From Haplodiscus bocki (lineage: Eukaryota): a stretch of DNA of 64,000 nucleotides. The stretch's first letter is position 1; each line of letters begins with the position of its first letter. Below are positions 1-11,010 of this stretch, piece by piece. The position numbers were made by a program, and so were the translations under genes. Below the pieces are notes generated by a model. That model saw nothing but the letters and a program-made list of their open reading frames with translations, did not search any database and had not been told where the DNA came from. Where the stretch lies: positions 60,140,001-60,204,000 of the forward strand of contig OZ296657.1 of the NCBI GenBank assembly GCA_965655095.1, given 5' to 3'.

Positions 1-127
1 TACAGGAACGCATTAGTGTGGCTCCCTGCTGGTTCCACATTTTCCTTCAATTGAGTTTCAAGCATCGTGTTACATTGTCGAGGAAATTGACGTCATTTCT
101 ATTCCCATGACATATGTTCTGTTTCAG

Positions 128-1440
128 TTGCAAACAATTTTGTCCAACCTCAGTCCGCTGCTGATTATCGGTACTACGCCTTCGGTGAGTCTGCCCGTTT
201 TGTTTACTGTCTTCTTCAAAAGATCAAGAAGAGCAGCGTATTGCCGTTAGTGGAGCAGTAGGAGGAGTACATCGCTCCCGATCGTTCAAAGTTTGCTGCC
301 ATTGACGAATAGCATTTCCCTGCTGGTACCCGAGTGCTGGTAGCCCTTGAAAAAGTGGGGAGCTTCTAGTTGAAGGCAGTCAGGCGGGGTTGCAAGAAGT
401 TTCTTTAAGACTTCGTGAACGGTGTGTTGTCAACTTTTGCAGCGAAGCTTGCGATAGGCCAGGGGTTGAGTTGTTCCTGCCCTCCTATTTTGGTTGGTGG
501 AACCGATTATGCCCCTATGCAACTCTTTGACATGTTGCTTGATGGACTCCTCCAGAAACGCTGGGTGAGGGGCGCGGAGATGGAGGCCTGCATGTCAGAA
601 TACCAGTCGTTTGTGCAAGAGCAAACGCCGCTGGAGCGAATTTCAACAAGGAGCCGCCTTGACGTAGAGAACGTGCTGACTCTCTGCTCTTCACAGTTGG
701 TTTTGGTGCGCGGCGCCATATGTTTTAAGTACATATTGTTTCCAAACAAGTAGGGTGTAGTCTCACTGTTACCATTGGCTCCTTCCTAATTCGTTTCAGG
801 TCTCTCTCCTAATAGCTCTCGCTATTCGTGGATCCGTCTGGGGACAGTTTTACAATGAACCTCGATTGGGTTGCTATTCGTTTGGGGACAGTTTCACAAT
901 AAACCTGGAATGGGTTGCTATCAAAAAGGATGTAATGCTTGGAGTCCAGCTTTGTATTCATGATTTTGGGAGATAGCTACTTTTCAATCAGTGCTATTTC
1001 TTCTCAGAGACGGATGTCACGATGCTATCTGAGGCTGCTGCCGTTGCTGATAGCCTCACTAGCAGCTCTGTGTACGCCCCGTGGTCAGAGGTGGAGAGCG
1101 ATTCCTTGGGTCAGAATCTTGCAGAACTGAAAACATGCTTCGAAAACGGACTTGATCGGCGTCGTGCCGTCAAATATACGAGCGAACACTAGTGTGCTAT
1201 GGGTGCTGCGCAGTCATCATCTGGTGAATCTTCCCCAGAATACGGTGTTCGTAAATCAACGGTCGTGGAAAAGGGTCAACTTGATTATGTGCTTGTTGTG
1301 GCTCCATCCCGTAAGGTTGCTGGTCCAGCTGACAACATTCATCTCCAAGAAAAAAGCAGAAACAAGTGTCCCGGCGTCCAGTTAACTTGCCGCGTCAGTG
1401 TGAGGTTTTACGTCGCTCTATCACTCCTCCAAAACGTGCT
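128..1440 (+). pseudogene. Degenerate intron-containing ORF, possibly a hAT-related transposase C-terminal region
   Basis: Reading frame with several stops (…GCKKFL*DFVNGVLSTFAAKLAIGQGLSCSCPPIL…LLDGLL…EYQSFVQEQ). Putative acceptor ctgtttcag at ~127 and a short GT..AG intron at ~750-799 with a ctaat branch-like motif. Residue spacing recalls hAT-type C-terminal helical regions; assignment by recall only. Confidence 0.3.
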
Positions 1441-1959
1441 GTAGTCGAAGATCCGACTTTTGCTTCTGCCTTGGCATCTCAGCCTCCCCGTGGCAAAGCT
1501 CGGGAAAGTGGGCGATATCGGGGAGCCGCGCCTATCTTCCTCGAGGGGATGCCGTGACTGAAATTGTTTTGCTTGGATTTCCATAAATTGCAGCTAATCG
1601 TGATATTTCGCTTTTGTTTTTAACATCTGCAGTTTGAAACTGTTTTCTCTGTTCTTCATTGTGCTTTTTGTGTTTTTAAATTTCTAGTCGAATAGTCTGA
1701 GAAAGGAAAAAAAAAGGAAATCTTGAATGACATGAATCCGACCTTTATGTAAAAAATAGAGCTGATTTTAGTATTAGAGACCGTGTTTTGAAGTAAGTTA
1801 GACTGATTAGTAAGTGATTTACTCACCATGGAAAAGCTTAGAAAGAATTTAGCAATTTTTTGCATCGCTAAGTATTGGTTCCGTAACACGTTCCTGAAAC
1901 TTCTGGAACGTCCCTTTATGCGTTCCGTGGAAAACACTAGTGCAGCACACTAGCTGAAA

Positions 1960-3700
1960 TCTGTACACTTCATTACAATTAGGCTTCGGGCTATGACGTA
2001 AATGACAATTCGAACTGCATGGGTTGGCAAGACTACTGTTCGGTTGTTCCAAGCTGGTTTCTGCGTCAGATTCCACGTGGGGATCTGTTACGTCACATAC
2101 TTGTTCTGTTTGGGGAAAACGTCTGGGGAACGCTCTCGTGAGGTTCCCGGTGTATTCCCCGTTTGCCTGGTTGACAAATCAGATCGTACAGCAAATTCGG
2201 GTGATTTGGATGGCGTGAAAGTGTTGTTTTCGGCGTCGAAAATTGACCTTTCATTTTCACACTCTCACGCCCTGGCACACAAATCATCGTGTTTAGTGCT
2301 CACTTCCGGATACGGTTTCCAATCTTGTGGCGTGATTGGTATATCAGGCAGGGGTTGTCGGGCTGTGAACTGATGCAATCACATGCGATGAAGCACTTGC
2401 GTCTCGTTGGTGCCATTTTTGCGTACAAAATAATTGTTGCTTGGTAATAACTTTTGAAAATTGTAGGGGCCAATCCTTAGAAGTCCTGCACAAGGAGTTT
2501 TACTCCCTTGATAATCTACTTCCGGTTGTAAGACATATACATAATCTGCTTCTTTGAGTTTTGAAGAGTTGGCCTTTTTGTCGTAATAAGCTTGATATTT
2601 GATGTAAATTTGCATGGCGTTTTTGCGAACATCTTGATAGATCATCTCCGTTCGGTGCAGAACATCTTGGATAATTTGCAAAAAGGGAATGGCTGCTTGC
2701 TGTGGGCGAATTCCCAATTATAGGTCCAAAACATTATAGAAATTGCGTCCATGAAAAACTCTGCTTGGATCACATCCAAGGCTTGCGTGAAAAGACGTGT
2801 TGTTTTCAAGGACCGCAAGGCTGACATGTTTATGCTACAATGCTCTTCGTTCGCCTGTTTCACTCCTCAACGCTAGTTTGATTGACGCGTGATATCGTTC
2901 GAGCAGCCCAATCGGTTGTGTGTGCTTTGTTTTGGCGTGCTTTAGAGTAATGCCAAGGACACCGGCCACTTCTTCAGTTACGTGAGACACAAAGGCTGAT
3001 CCCATATCCGAGATGAGTGTCGTGGTAAGTAGGCGTCCTTAGTCATATTGTTAAAAAAAACTTTAGCACTTGTTTTTCCGTCTTGGCTATATGATGGGTA
3101 CGCAAATAAATAGCTGGAAAACACGTCCATGGCTGTAACAATGTTTTTACAGCCACCGGAAAAAAGTAATTCCGGCACCAAATCTTTTTGCATGGCGTCT
3201 TTGGCGCAGTAATGTGTTCACTAAGATTTTGCAGGATAGCACGGGTAACGCTGCGATTAATTCGTGATTTTCTGATGCATTGTTCACATGACATGACCCT
3301 TTTCCTGATCCATTCCGCCAATTCTGGGCAAAACAAATTTCCCAGTAAGTAATTAATGTTTCGCTAATTCCTATGTGTTTTCCAAAATCTCCGTTCAGAC
3401 TTCGGAGTACTTCATTAACTAATTGCTCTGGGATGAGAATTTGGTTTTATTTGACGCTACCGATGCTCAAAAAAAATTTCTGAACATCGGGTCATCTTTA
3501 AGAATAATGCGGTCTTCATTTGCCTTGTAGTGTTGGTATGGTGGGTCTGTTTTAATTAGCACTTCGTCAAGTGGCTGTCCTAAAATTTTCAATTTCAGAT
3601 TCCTCAAGACCAGATTGACGTCTTGCTCTACTTGTATTCGCGCATTTGCCCTGATTCCATTCAGGGAAAACGACGCGGCGTTTCTGGCGATCATTTAAAA
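1960..3700 (-). pseudogene. Gypsy integrase (HHCC remnant, DDE core, GPY/F) and pol C-terminus
   Basis: Fragments SCEQC, MQKDLVPEL…IVTAMDVFSSYLFAYP, LLERYHASIK and YYDKKANSSKLKEADYVYVL…RIGPYNFQKLLP, split across frames. Confidence 0.92.
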
Positions 3701-3799
3701 TTCATTCACACAAGATTGCAGTGATGCTGGTTCCCCATTTGCCACCCATTGTTTCGCATTTTGTCGAGATCGTTCTTTTCTTTCAAGGGTTTGTTTTTT

Positions 3800-5330
3800 T
3801 GACTCATTCTGCTTGTGTGAAGAAAAATAAGTCTTCACCGGCGACATCCCAGGAACATGTGGTCACATCAATGCCTGTTGTTTGGATGTCTTTATGGATT
3901 TGGAGTATCTTCTCCGTGACTTTGAGTTCCAGTCTGGAGACAAAGTCAGCCGCAGTGTTGACTGAATCAGCAAGGTGTGCTATTTTGATGATCAATTGTA
4001 ACACATAATCACATGCATTCCAAAATGCGGTTGGAATTACTTCCGTTGGAAAAAAACGTGTGACAGATTTGTCATCTGTCAGAACAATTGTTGGCTTCGT
4101 TGCTTCTCACAGACTGTGTGCAATCTCAGGAAATGCCAAATACATTGCCATAATTTCTTTTGAGCATATGGACATTTTGAGTTGCACGGGGAGAAAGTTT
4201 TCGAGCAAAACGCCGCGGGGGCGTACGTTTTGCGCTTTGACTGTATTTTTTGACCGGGATAGTCTTCAAATCATGAGGGCATATCCGGCACTTCTGAAGC
4301 TGGCATCCGCCATTAGGACATGCTGCTTTACTGGAATAGGTTGTTTCAGTGATAACTCACAAGCATCACTGAGCGCTTTTTTGACTGAATCAAATTTTTC
4401 CTTCAATTCCGACATAATGTTGATTGGTACTTCAATTTTAAGCAACTTTTAGAAAGGATTAAGTTTTTCAGCCATCCTGGGAACATAATTTCTGTAATAT
4501 TTCAAGAATCCTAAATACCGTTGTAGTGGTTCTTTTCAATTGCAGAATCTCCGTTTGTCCAGAAAATTGTGGATTTTCCGAGTTTGTGGTGAGATTCCTT
4601 CTGGTGAAATCGTTGTTCCGAGAAATTCAACTTGTCTGATTCCAAAATCGCACTTTTCAGTTGTCAGTTTCAGTCAGGTTTGGCAAATGCACTTGAAGAC
4701 TGCCCGAATGTTCCGGGTAAGGTACGTAGCATTGTTGTCTTTAATTCCAATGTCGTCCACGAACTGAGCGCATTGGTCAGCTTCAACAGCTGGGTCCAAA
4801 TACTCGCGAATGGAACTTGAAAAAGAAAAAACATATCTGCTGAGACGTTGTGCAAGTCTCTTGTAATCAAAAGTTCTGCCAGCAAAACTGAATGCGAGCA
4901 TTTCCACTGACCGTTGGTCCGCCATCTGCAAGCAGTGATAAGCCTGACGGCAATCTAGTTTGCAGAATACAGACTTCCCTGCCAAGAGTTGTGCTGCGTC
5001 TGACAAGATATTAACTGGAAGATTGTTGTTGGTATAATCATCAGCAGTCAGACTTTTGATTTTCCTGAGATCCACAAGAAGACTTAGTTTTCCGTTGGGT
5101 TTCCTATGTGCAAACATGGGGCTTGCGTATTTGGAGAAAGGCAGTACTGTAGTGATTCCATAGTTGTGCATCAGAACTAGTTCAACAATTAGGTCTTTTT
5201 TCAAGTGGATTGGCATTAGCAGACTTTGGCTGTATGCAGCTTTTTTGCCTTTCCGAATTAGTTTCACCTGGACTTCTTTGTTCGTTCCTATATCCATTCT
5301 GTGTCTGGCGAAAATGTCATGATAGTCGAC
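3800..5330 (-). pseudogene. Gypsy reverse transcriptase and RNase H
   Basis: ORF 4674-5297: SKYASPMFAHRKPNGKLSLLVDLRKI, KLDCRQAYHCL, YKRLAQRL, QFVDD (YxDD variant). RNase H LMADASFRSAGYALMI near 4270-4320, VRTDDKS, and NTAADFVSR. Confidence 0.95.
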
Positions 5331-5999
5331 CGGATTGTCTTCAGTTACTTGTTTCTCTACTTCTGTAAGGAGTGTGTCAGTCCAATAAAATATTTCAAGG
5401 AATTTAATTCGGGATGATGTGCTTTTCTGTGGATTGAGTTTTCCTTTTTCTTTGAGTTCAATTAGTTCTTTGAGGATTTGTGCCTATATTGGGGTGTGAT
5501 CCTCCGGTTTTCCAGGACTCTGGTGTTGGGAAAAAGAAAATCTTCTTTATCTGTTGGGGTTCGTTCGTTCAAAAGGATTCGTGTAGGTAGGCAGTCAGGT
5601 CAGGGTCACCTTGCTGAATCATACTGGGGATTGCCAAATCTAATGGTTTGATGTACTTGGATTGCTCCGGAGTGACTACGGAGAACTCTGCAACCTGTGT
5701 ATTGTTTCTGATTAAATGTGGTGATTCCGTTGCTTTGGTTACCCTGACTGCTACTCTCTTGTCGATTATTGTCGACCTTGAGTGGGAAATCAGCAGACTT
5801 GCCATTTCCGTAAAATTCTCCAATGGCATCACAGTACCTGTTGTGCTCTATTTTGAAGGATGGTGAACAAAAGCTGTGATTGCTTTTGTGGTCCTTAGTG
5901 TTATCGTGAGGGCATCGTCAGTGAAATCAAGTTGGGGTTTCGCAGTTATTTCACTTGAGGCAATTTTAATTGGCATCGTCAAGGGTGGGAAATGTAAGA

Positions 6000-6400
6000 G
6001 GCCGTGTGTTGTGTTGATGACCACACTGTTATTCCTCATAAAGTGCTTTCCTATGATTAGCCCTGTTTATTTCTTCATCACGACGAATTGTTCAGCAAAT
6101 ATGTTGTCTCTAATTACAAAATTAAAGGTGGCTAAATCTAATGGATTTTCTAACCGGCCATTTGCTACTTGTAGATACAAATTGAAAGGGTCGTCGATTT
6201 GAAGAAATCTTGTCGGGTCCTTTTGTTTCAAAGTGTCCAAGTCATTCTGAGTAAATGAACTGACTAAGGCTCCGGAGTCCAACAAGGCATCTACTGTTAA
6301 GTTATTCTCGAAATCTAGAGACGCGTATAACTTTCCCTGTTTTTGTTTTTGGACCACCGTAGAGGTTAATGGGACATGCAATTCATGGTCTGTTCATCTC
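6000..6400 (-). pseudogene. Retropepsin-like aspartic protease of the Gypsy element
   Basis: LTVDALLDSGALVSSF (DSG active site) and LQVANG flap, followed by a frameshifted LIIGKHFM segment. Confidence 0.9.
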
Positions 6401-6799
6401 TCATCAACTTTTCCTCAAATAGTGGGGTTGTTATCTTGAGAGGTGGAATGGTAGTATCTCTCGTAGAGGTAGTCTTTGTATGCTTTTCTGATTCTTGGAA
6501 AATGACGGGATAACTATTGGAGCCGCTGAGAAACCTTACTGGTTCGTTCCTTGTTCCATTTCCTGGGGGTTGTTCCGTGGCAGTTACGTGATTCTGTGGT
6601 TGAACTCCCCGGGGTGGCGACAATTGACTTGCTACATTCGTCACTTAAGTTTCTTGAGTATATTGTTTTGTGATAGGCAATATTAATAATTTTTAAACTG
6701 TGTTGATTTATAGATGTTTCCGGGGTTCGCTACCAGACAACCTCGGGAACTGGTGGAAGTTTTGCTGTTTTAGTTGTCTCCGGTTGGTCGCATGCAGCT

Positions 6800-8419
6800 C
6801 CGCAGTGAAGATCTGGTGTTCTTAGTTTAATGTTTGGGCTGCAGTTTGAACATTCACACCCGACCTGTTTTGAGCATTTCCTTGTTGGACCTGGTTCTGT
6901 GCTTCCAGTCGTCTGTTCGGGAGAGGCGGTCTATTAGCTGCGTTTGCTCCAAAATAAAATTTGTCAGCGGAATAGTTGGTTTTACCACAAGTTTCTCAAG
7001 CTGGAGAGACAGGTTTTGGCTTTTTGTCATTTATTTGTATTGTTTGCGTTTGTTTTGTTGGAAATCTTATTGTTCGAGTTAAAGTTCGTGTGACCACCCT
7101 TATTGTTGTTGTTGTTGCCAGCAATTTTTGTGTTGTTTTTGGCCTGGTCTTTTTCTCGTTTGAGTTGACGGCACTGGTTTCGGCAGTGACCTGGCATTTT
7201 GCAGTGGTGAAGTGGTGATAAGATGGTTTTGGTTTTTCTGGATTTTGTTGTGTGGCTTGTTGCGTCACAGTATTTACCTGCAGCTCATCTGGAGCTTCCA
7301 AAACGTTCAGTTCCAACTCGTTTTCCAGATGTTACGCAATCTGTTCATCGGTGCCATTCTCAAAATGCGCCCGATTAATCAGTCTCCTCAGCTCAGGAGC
7401 CGTTTTGGCATATAATAATTGCTCGATAATTGCCTGTGTGGCAACTCCGAATGCATTTTTCGCCAGCTTCTGGACTTCGTCTAGAAAATCGATGAAATTC
7501 TGGTTCGCTGCGTTGAAGACCAGTCGTTGAAATTTTATTTCGCTGTAACCATTGATTGGGGTTTCACGTATTTTTACGGAACATAGTCAAAATTTGTCCC
7601 AAAATCTCTCTGTTGAGACTGGTGATGCTTTTCAATGTTTGTAACGCATCACCAGGCAAGAGAAAAGGGAAGTACTTTATGTTGGCTTCTTCCGTGAGTT
7701 GATTGTGGATTTTCAAACTTGCTTAGAACAGACCACCAAACAGTTCGAATTTCTCCGACTTTGCGTCAATGGTAGGCATTGTGGTTGTGAGTGATTTAGG
7801 CAATTTCGAGATTCTGTTGATGTTTTTATTGAAATTGGCAGAATTGCTGTTAGTCGACAATTGTTGATGAACCAGCAAAATGTCGCCTGCTTCAATTCTT
7901 GAGGGGGTGTTATCACTGCGGAATTGTGGCTAACTTGTGGAGCACGTCTTCAATTGTTTTCCTGATGAAGTCCCTGGGGAGCAGTAGGGAATCTCTTGTT
8001 GAACTCCTGTCACCATGTGATGTGTCGTTTTCTGACCTGAATCGATTAAGTTACTAATACGACAGGCAGAGAACTCTATTTCGGGACAGGAGTCGTTTAA
8101 AGAACGATCCCTAGTGGGTTCCCGGTTTTCTGTGTTGTCCTTCTGGTTGTTCTCGGATCAGCTACGGAAAAGTCCAAACTTGTGGGTTCAGAAAAAAAAT
8201 CATCAAGTTTAGACAGAGCACCCAAAATGCTTGGCTCCGTCCGGCTAAATTCCTATGGAAGCTTTTCAGTGATCTTCCCTTTAGTTGTTTTAGAAACTTC
8301 GTGGTTGTATTTTTTGCCATCCCCGGATTACGCGTGTTTTGTTACTGCTTGTTCCCTGTGTTTTCTTGTGTTTCTCTCAAAAATTCCGATAATTTTCTCT
8401 TATTTCTCAATGTTGCCAT
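6800..8419 (-). pseudogene. Gypsy gag (capsid region plus two degenerate zinc knuckles); start codon lies inside the LTR
   Basis: ATG at 8419 begins MATLRNKRKL…, homologous to ORFs 12150-12452(+) and 15781-16095(-). Downstream fragments IDFLDEVQKLAKNAFGVATQAIIEQ and ELNVLEAPDELQVN. Knuckle remnants near 7180-7220 and *ETCGKTNY near 6970-7000. Confidence 0.85.
8003..8015 (-). promoter_or_regulatory. Primer-binding site (TGGTGACAGGAGT, tRNA-Leu-like)
   Basis: Directly follows the CA end of the LTR on the minus strand. One mismatch to the common tRNA-Leu PBS TGGTGTCAGGAGT. Confidence 0.7.
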
Positions 8420-9735
8420 AATTCTGAGGGAAAAAATTGTCAGTTGTGAAGACTCATTTGATTTTTTTTCTTTAACAAGTCGTTGACCTCCTCTTTTTAT
8501 GAGGGAAAAGGGTTCAATTATAGCAAACAGTTAACGATGGAAAATTTGAGTACAATACCGAAAAGGCTACACTTTATAAAAATGTAATAGTATTTTTTTT
8601 CTCCTATTTATACCTTTTCCATGGCGGTAAACATAGTTTTTTACACGCCAAAGCAAGGTACAAGTAGAGAAAAGTACTTTAATCATAATATTTACAGAGG
8701 AAAAATGCCAACTCCGTCTGGAAATATACACCCTTCCGTCCGCTTTGCCCTTCGTAGAAGGCGTCCTTTCTATCTTTCGACAGAAAATTGTACGGGTCCA
8801 ATCCAGTAACAGTGGACATCAAAGTACTTATCCCCCCGCCGACACAATGAGTATTAACATAAACAATACATCAAAGAGATTTTCCATAAAAGGAAGGTAC
8901 TATAACAAGGCACCAAGCATTAAAAGAAAACATTAAATTTAAATATAATAAAATACATAAAAGCGATGCAAAGGTTCATGTTTACTTGTGTTTAAATCCA
9001 CTGCTGGGAACAAAATTTGGTTATTTCCTAATCCGCTCCTCATTTCCACTGGCCGGTTCTTCATTTTGGCCGAAGCCTTCCAGAACGACCAGGTAGACGC
9101 TTGTACCACTGCTCTCCGCAGTGCTACTGAGAGGAGTGAAATAGGTGACTACAAAACCATTCCGTGTTCCTCGAAAATGACACAGCGTAGTAGCAGAGAG
9201 GATTGGAAGATATTCTAGTGACGTCACCAGATTGGTTGCGACAGAACACATAGGAAACAAATTTTCACTTTTTAAGCCACGCTCTGAAGTTGTAGTTGTA
9301 ATAACTATTGCAAACTCCTTGACACTGTCAGTCTTGATACAGAAAACTGCAAAAATGAATGTAAAAAGATGGACTTACATAATAAATAGCTAAATTAGAT
9401 ATAACTATTCCACCTATTATTGATATAAATCTACGGTAGGGAAAACAAATGAATATCGGTTTGTTCCGTAGTTGCTCCGTCCTAGTCTATATCAGTGCAC
9501 CAGAATTGCACGTATAGGACACATGGCTTTTGAATGAAGTAATGAAAATGGAACCTTACGTAAACACTACGTATCGTTTACATGAAATAAAGTGTAATGA
9601 ATGGTATTACGAGTTTATTAGCATGTATGTGTAAAGTTTGAATTTGTCAAGAGTTTTAGTCTTTTTATGACGGGCCTGGAATGTCCTTTGCCGGGGAATT
9701 CTTTTGTCCGCAGGCTTCGCAGACGTGCTGCGACA
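8016..9735 (-). repeat. 5' LTR (~1.7 kb) of the Gypsy element
   Basis: Starts TGTCGCAG on the minus strand (aligns with 11011 tgtcgcagtatatccgcgaagcct) and ends CA before the PBS. Internal blocks such as tggtgacgtcactag and the gag N-terminus are shared with the other two LTRs. Confidence 0.85.
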
Positions 9736-10997
9736 GCAGGTTTCGCAGAATTCCTGCGACAACAGGTGACAAAATACCACCTTCAGCCTATCGGAATCAC
9801 TCAGGGCCAAACTTTTTTAGAAATTAACACTTTATTGTAATCGGTGTTTTCAATGTAAATGTTTCCTGTCATTTTCTGTTCTATAAATAGTTTCTTGTCA
9901 ATCTCTATTCTCTTTCTATGATTCGAAAAGTCTTTACATTTATCAGCTGTAAAAATGAATTTTTTCAAGGAATTTTTTCTCAAAAACAGTTTTTTTACTC
10001 GAAATACCACTTTTGTCGCAAAAACATGCAGAGAAAAATCATCTGTTGAAGATTGTGGAAGAAATCACGCTCATACAAATTTGCAGAAAAAAATCTACAC
10101 TTGTCCGTTAACAAAAAAACTTTTGGGGAGAACTTTCAGCTGAAAAAACAATAACTCCAAACCCTGAGTAAATTAATTTTGAAGCACTTCCAATATTTCC
10201 CACCAAAAAACTGCCATGAGAAACATGAGTAAGCTTCTAGAATCTAAAACAACTGCACAGTAGAGGTTCTTCATCATTTTTACATCACCTTTCGCAATGA
10301 CCTCCAACAACAAGCTGTTCCGCAACTCCACCCGGACTGTCGTCACCCATCTCCACAACAACTTTCTCTTCAGGGGCACATGGAGGTTGATGAAAATGGC
10401 AAAATGAGTTCTGGCAGAACCTTACTGACTCAGTTTCTGCTCGAGGTAAAGTGATCCCCTCATGGAGATAACACTTTTCTCAGACATTCCATGGAATAGC
10501 AAGACTTGACTATCAATTACTAGATTTACATACCTTATTCAGTAACCACTTACTCATTCTAATTTTCATGAACTTGTCTGCCAGCAAGGACGTCAGATTG
10601 ATATTTCAAGGATACGTTGAGGAACGAAACTAAAGAATTCCACATTTCAAAACTTTGCTTTCCTTGACTTCTTCACACACTAATACCCTCAAATTCAACT
10701 CACTATTACTTAACTTCAGCAAATTTACCGTTCCTTACTGACACTACAAAAAAATTTCAAGCTGAAAAGAAACTTGCGGAGAAATTACGAATGTACCCCG
10801 TCACTTGACAAAGTACTCTTGGTGAATTCATCAGTTCTCATCATTAAGCATGAATCCTCATTTATGATTCGAAATAATACTGGCGATTGGTCATCTTGTG
10901 AACTCCCGACACTTGCGATTTCTATGTAGAACAATCAACGAGGAGCAGAGGACATCGAAAACAGAAAAGAACATTGACCATGGGAATGTCCTTTCAC

Positions 10998-11010
10998 AAA
11001 AAAGGGGGAG
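10998..11010 (+). promoter_or_regulatory. Polypurine tract (AAAAAAGGGGGAG)
   Basis: Purine run immediately 5' of the LTR start TGTCGCAG at 11011. Confidence 0.85.

Larger units (their letters stand above)
1600..9761 (-). mobile_element. Ty3/Gypsy LTR retrotransposon, decayed, 3' LTR missing
   Basis: Minus-strand order LTR-PBS-gag-protease-RT-RNase H-integrase(GPY/F), the Gypsy domain order. Many frameshifts and stops. Confidence 0.95.

Noticed and set aside
3721-7530. Plus-strand ORFs over the Gypsy body
   Set aside because: Antisense shadows of gag-pol with no independent motifs.
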